DNA of 64,000 nucleotides from Setoptus koraiensis (Eukaryota; Animalia; Arthropoda): NCBI GenBank assembly GCA_048013815.1, contig CM106585.1, positions 18,476,001 to 18,540,000 of the forward strand, read 5' to 3'. Shown piece by piece: positions 58,279 to 64,000 of this stretch (position 1 is its first letter; each line of letters starts with the position of its first letter). The notes under the pieces were generated by a model. It saw only the letters and a program-made list of their open reading frames with translations, ran no database searches and was not told where the DNA came from. The position numbers and the translations under genes were made by a program.

Positions 58279-60218
58279 CGCGCTGGCAAAGCGCACTAAT
58301 CGTAATCTCATTACGATTATCAGGATTGAATGTTAAGCGCCGCTCGCCGGCCGGACAAACAAAACCACCGACAACGGCTCGCAGCTAACAACAATCCGGC
58401 GTGCAACCTATTTTTGTCCGTGCCTTTTGTGTCCAGTGTCCGATTATTGCGCACCGTCAGCGCTGCTGACAAATCGCTGGCCAACAGTGTGCGATGACAA
58501 AAGATAATCGCAAATTGAGCGCACTCACGACACCGCCAGGCCAAAATAGACGAGCGACTGAAACAACGTTCACAGATAAAATTAAACATCGGTCCCATTC
58601 ATTGATTTATGATCCTTTCTTTGATTTATGTGTGTGTGTGTGTGTGTGTGTCGGCTGGCCGGCAAACACGGTGACCACACCACGACCGCGGCCAACAATG
58701 ACCGGTCCGAGCTGGCGAGACCCCGGCGAGCCGTTGCGGGCGTCCATTCGGCCACAACAAGCGGCGCAAGTTGTTTGTCTGCGGCCGCCAAGTTGGCCGA
58801 TCTAATCTGATGTGACCGTGTTTGTTTGCGCGCGAACTGACCGGTCCATTCCAATAGACGGTCGCAATGGACGGGCCAGTCGGCCCGAATGTCCGGCCTG
58901 GACATTGGATGGACTGGCCAGAGAGTGGCAAGCATGTTGCGCATCGATGCTCGTTGGTGTTTGCTTTTGTTGGCTCGTTGCCCGGCTCGACTCTAAAATA
59001 AATATGCAGCCCTTATCGGCAGAGCGAAACGCGCGCGCCAATTTATTAGCAAATGCAAGATGTATTTTATTTTTGCCACTGTTGCGTAATAGTCACCGAC
59101 ACACAGTTAGTTGGTCAAATTGTTTAGACACTCGCTCTCTCTAAAAGAGAGTTAGCCAACCAGTAAGCCATTCGCACAGTTGGCCGGCGACCCATCCAGC
59201 CGGATGGTGATAAGGTGATAAGGTGATAAGAGAAGGAAAGGTGCTCTAGAAAATCAAGAGCCATGATTTATAATAAGGTGAGGGGGACCAAATGAACCGT
59301 TATGTGTGATTATGTGAGAGTCGCTTGTCACACAATGTACACTTGTTATAAATGGCTGATTAATTCTGGCCTGGGCCATTGCCACCTCGACCAAGTTGGC
59401 GACTGCAAGACCCTGTTGCCGTTATTGCCGTTGCCGTTATTGCCGTTGCTTTTATTGCTATTGCTGTTGCTGTTGCCGTCGCTAGAATGGCAACAACAAC
59501 AAGTTAATATTGTAGCAATTATTATGTCATTATTGTTATTTCTGCCTATTATTATCATAATCATAAGTAGGAATATCTAATGAATCTTGTCATGAGATTA
59601 AAGACCCTATCGCGCTCTATTACTCTATTTAACTATACAGTTAACAATTGTCAGATAAAAAGATTCACCACTGCCGCCGCTGCCGCCGCCACTGCCACTG
59701 CCCTTGTTAGAATCTGACACATCTAACAGTTAGATGTGTCCAGCAGCAGGTCGATAACCTTTCTTTCTCTCACTAACTGTTGTTGTTCTTATTGATTCTA
59801 GCTGCAGCTAGCCAGACGACGACGAGACAGCGTACGGGACGGTGTTGCATAATACTTGCTAGATCTAGATTCTAGATAGAACAAGAGCGGAATCAAGAGC
59901 AACACGAATAAAATAATAGACACATCTTGTCATAGTCCACTTGTTGCCGTTGTTGTTGTTGCCGCTGTTCAGTGTTTTAACTGCGTGATAATTCGAGTAA
60001 AATCATTTCAACGCATAGCCAGCCACTCAAGCCTTTTTTCACCCTATCTGGCAACGTTTCTTTATTTCAACATTCTTTATGACAATTGCGTGTGGTCAGC
60101 ATATTTCAATGGTCAAATGGACGAACAGTTTTTGTTCTTCTATTCTCCTCAATCCATTATTTTTTATTGTCATTATTGCATTATTGTTATTTCATTATTG
60201 TTGCGAATCTCGTGCCTA

Positions 60219-60226
<8 letters not shown>

Positions 60227-60264
<38 letters not shown>
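60227..60264. repeat. (CT)19 microsatellite
   Basis: Directly visible. Confidence 0.9.
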
Positions 60265-60268
<4 letters not shown>

Positions 60269-62167
60269 TAGAGTCTATAGCAAAAAAAACTCTTTCTTTA
60301 TCGCCATCTAGCTCTATTTCTCCTGCTCATTGAATCAACAGACTCACACACTCAATTAGATGGATTATAAGGAAAGATCACACACACAGAAGCTCGCTAA
60401 TTAGTTAGCCAGATATAAAGACACATCTGCTCACAATATGAATACTATTGGAACTAACTGCTCAACCGATCGATCACGCTCGCTAGCCGGCCTGCCAATG
60501 CTCGAATATCTGGCTGCTTATTACTTAGTTTTTAATAATTTGAGCGACAAAACAATTTGCCAAAGTAACCAGACTAACGACTTTAGCGCAATCAACAACT
60601 CGTATTATTGTCTCTTGTAATTTTCACTCTAGGAGCTCGCATTCAACAACCAGAAGCTTGCAACTCGCAACCCATCAATCTTGATTGTCTTATCTCGCTT
60701 ACTTTCTCTCTCTCTCTCTCTCTCTCTCAATCACATGCACACAAAAAGCTCTATATCGATTGATTTGCTTAACCTTAGAATTCATCTTGCGGTTAATCAG
60801 TTTGCTAATCAAATACAGTTATAATCGAGAGCAGCCAAGTCAGCAAGCTCATGACGCCAAATAATACTGGCTCTGTCTCATCATTATTTGCCATCTCAAT
60901 TAATCAATTCTCTTGACAGTCTTTCTAACCATTACCTCTGTCTCCGTGCTTAGAAGCAATTTATCTAGTTTGTAGGTAAAAGAAGCACTAATGCGTATGC
61001 AGCCTTGATTGGCAAGTAAAGCAAACAAGTTCATCACCTGATGGCATAATTGACTATTTGATGAATGAACCGGTTAACGCCCAGCACCAATAGCTATAGG
61101 TGCCAAGTTAATTAGCCCACCCACATCACTTATATGCCACTCCCCACATAAGTTTATTCATGTGCCAACTATCTCTATAATTAATATACCGCAAACCAGC
61201 CATTTTTAGCTAAATTGTCGTGGCACATTCTAGGCTAATTACGAGCCTCACATAGCTTCGCATGTAACGAAACTTTTGATTACGAAGTTCAGAATCTATG
61301 ATGGTTGAAAGTGAGAAATTGACTTATGTCGATTCATTCAGCAAATTCCGCTATTGGCTAATTATCAGTAGCCATTTGACCCAGAAAAATCATAACAACA
61401 TTATTGCCTAGAGCAATACTTTCCCCGAGAGAAACTCTGACTTATGACCGGCGAGGATATTATAATTAGCAGCGATTTCTTTTTCTAAACCGTTTTACTC
61501 ATAACAAAGTAGCGCATATATCAGACGCCTGAAAAACTGACAAAAAAGCTTTACTAGAGTGTGTGACAAAGAGACATTTCCTGCCGAAGTTTGTAACAAG
61601 ATTGAATTTTCAAAGACATAATCCCGACCGAGATTGCTAAGTTTGGAACTAGATCTAAATGGACATGCACGAAGAGTTCTCAGCTACCCGTATCTTTTTC
61701 TCCAGATTACATTATCGCGAATCGTTAACTCACTCGAGGCAATGGGGAGTAAATACATGCATCTAAGCTTTCGCAGAGAGCTCTTTATTTGAGGCTTACC
61801 TCTGCTTTTGAAGACCGTTCAGTAATATCATGTTCATACCTTCACCAAACTGGTATCTGTCACTTGTATGTGCAACTGACCCGTCTGTCGTTTCTATTGG
61901 AACAAATCCATTAGAACATCTCAGTATCGAGTTCTTTTTGTACTCGGGTTCACAGAGAAGATCGTGGATCGGGTTCGTGTCAGAGGAACAAAGATTGGTT
62001 GATTAATCTAATGATTAATCTATGATTCTACTAACATGAACCACTTTCCGTTCAATCAACCTTGATGTTGAAACTGTGACATGATACTATTAATGAATTG
62101 ATGTGTCTCGGATAAAGCATAGACTAATGTCACAAAATATATTCAATACGCATCTTGAGGTTGCTTA

Positions 62168-64000
62168 TCATTGTGTGCTTATTATTGTATATTGTACTGG
62201 ATTACGGCCCAGTTTTGTCACTTGAGAGAATACATTCCAAAGACCTCTTGACACGTGATTTTGTATTTGGGATGGGCAGATTAGACGGTATCCAGCATAT
62301 GCGACGGCACCCAATAATGTATATTTTAATCCCATTCTTATCAGTACACTCGCGCGACTTTTTTCTGGTACAGTCTCCAAGGACTGTATTTCCGTTTCTG
62401 TAGTTTTTCCCCAGTTACTCACTATACCTTGCAAGTGACCTATTCCAACAACAGCAACTATAGAAACGAAAAGATATGAATAGTTTGAGTAAGTATTGAG
62501 GATCTTGATAATATTCATAGATCAGATGTATTCATAGATCAGATGAAGACTTACCTGTTGCTTTGTTTAAACTCTGTGCGCTTGCTGCAGAATATATGTT
62601 ATGGGCCAAGTAGGCATTCCTTTCATCCAAAAGCACTCTTTTAAATGCAGGAAAATCGGCCGCTAGCTCTTTCAGCAATTCTTCCAGAACGTCTTTGTCT
62701 TTGAAATTTTCTAACTCATCTTGTGACATATTAGACATGTCAGCTGTTATAGCAATGTAGACAAATTTGATTTTTTGCCAAAATGATAAGGAATTGACCA
62801 CTCTAGAGATGGTAACTTTGAGAGATCTGTCACCAAAGTATAAGCGACAACCGGGTATCTCGCTAGCTTGTCGAACCGCCGCTCGAAACTCTCCGCCTGG
62901 GGCCATGCCTAACTTCTTTGTTAGCATAGCAGAGAGTCTCAGAAACAATAAAAATATAGTGCCTTGTACAGCACCAGCTCTTTTGCTTGCAGTTCTAAAA
63001 TTAACAAGGCTGAACTCTTGACCACATTCAGAAAGTAATTGCTCTTCATCTAATCGCAGCATCATTTCCCTTTCACGGCAAAGCTCCAAAACAACCGCTG
63101 CGGGTCTTATCATTTGCATCACACTGACAACATCTTGGATGGATTTTTTGCTAAAATGAGAAGTGCCTATCAGGTAAACAGGGGACCCTTCTCTTGTCTG
63201 CAGCTTAACCACTGTCTTGGGAAGATCTAGCTGTTCGGCAGCCAACTCGGGTAGGACTTCTTCCGGGGGCCGACTATCAACAACAATAGCGTCGGATTCT
63301 TCTGAAACGGGGGCTGTGGCATCGGAGGATGTTTCTCTCGTCTCATTACCATCTTTCAAACTGACATGCGTTTCGTCTTCCTTGTAATCCTTGAGTAGTT
63401 CTGCAGATTCTTTAGAATCATTAGTCGATTCAGGTTGCGTATGAGCGCCTATATTGGCAGTTAGCCAATCTTTATCGATTAAAGTTGGCTCTGGCGTGGT
63501 GGAGCTGTTCGTTCTTTCTTTTGTGATTCGAGATTTTCCTAAATCTGGAACTGGTGCATTGAAAGCATCAGTAGATTTTTCTCTAGTCTCATTGTCTAAA
63601 GCTCCCAACATGATGTTTGTTGTGGTATCCGGTGACTGGACATCCCTGTTACAATCTATCAAGTCATGATCAGTCTCTTGGGATTGCTCACAATCTCTAG
63701 TTGGTTTGGACACATTTTCTAGTTCGTGATCAAGTACTTGAATTAGAGCTTTGAATGTTTCTCGCTGTCGTTGAAGTAGTGAATTATCATGCAGTTTGTT
63801 TGGATCATTCTTTGTTAAACTATCATCGTGCTGATGTGAGGATTCTTTGTTATCATCATCTTTGTTAGCTGTTGCGCCAAACGATATTAGTGGTTTATTA
63901 TTCTGTAACATTTCATCAATGGAAAATTGATCTGAGTTGGATGCGACGGATTCGAGGAGATGATTAAATACGAAACTTGCATCTTTCTGGTCCCTTGTCG
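62168..64000 (-). CDS. TRABD: TraB domain-containing protein, possibly 5'-partial; complement(join(62168..62457,62555..>63911))
   Basis: VYLIGTSHFSKKS, VVLELCRER, GMAPGGEFRAA, GDRSLKVTISR, VLLDERNAYL, VAVVGIGHLQGI, C-terminal TM; 97-nt GT-AG intron 62458-62554; the frame stays open upstream of ATG 63911 to the window edge. Confidence 0.93.

Noticed and set aside
44000-59600. Numerous 60-240-aa ORFs in the ORF track
   Set aside because: Overlapping on both strands, repeat-derived and without any recognisable domain
59598-59610. taaagaccct as a second MITE end
   Set aside because: Only a 9-nt match to the TIR, with no partner end

Overview
Eukaryotic genomic DNA from a compact, intron-poor arthropod. 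It is most consistent with an eriophyoid-type mite; this is an inference from intronless housekeeping genes and very short intergenic spacing. From left to right the window holds: (1) a 7-exon latrophilin/Cirl-like gene (663-24254) with lectin, HRM and GAIN/GPS domains, but only ONE transmembrane helix and a long tail in place of a 7TM bundle; (2) three antisense paralogues of an unrecognised secreted ~240-aa family nested in its 10.6-kb intron, plus a fourth nonsense-interrupted copy just downstream; (3) a dense block of intronless genes (NASP, RPB6, GRWD1, syntaxin-5, Polycomb-like); (4) a candidate compact RNase P RNA; (5) two larger orphan secreted/membrane proteins, one clearly and one possibly related to the nested family, with a MEF2-like CTAAAAATAG motif shared upstream of most family members; (6) a 4-exon heme peroxidase on the minus strand; (7) about 18 kb with no recognisable coding exon, rich in micro-repeats, homotypic bZIP-like site clusters and one MITE; (8) a 5'-truncated TRABD gene at the right edge. 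All gene models were built by hand from GT-AG sites and phase checks. No database searches were run.
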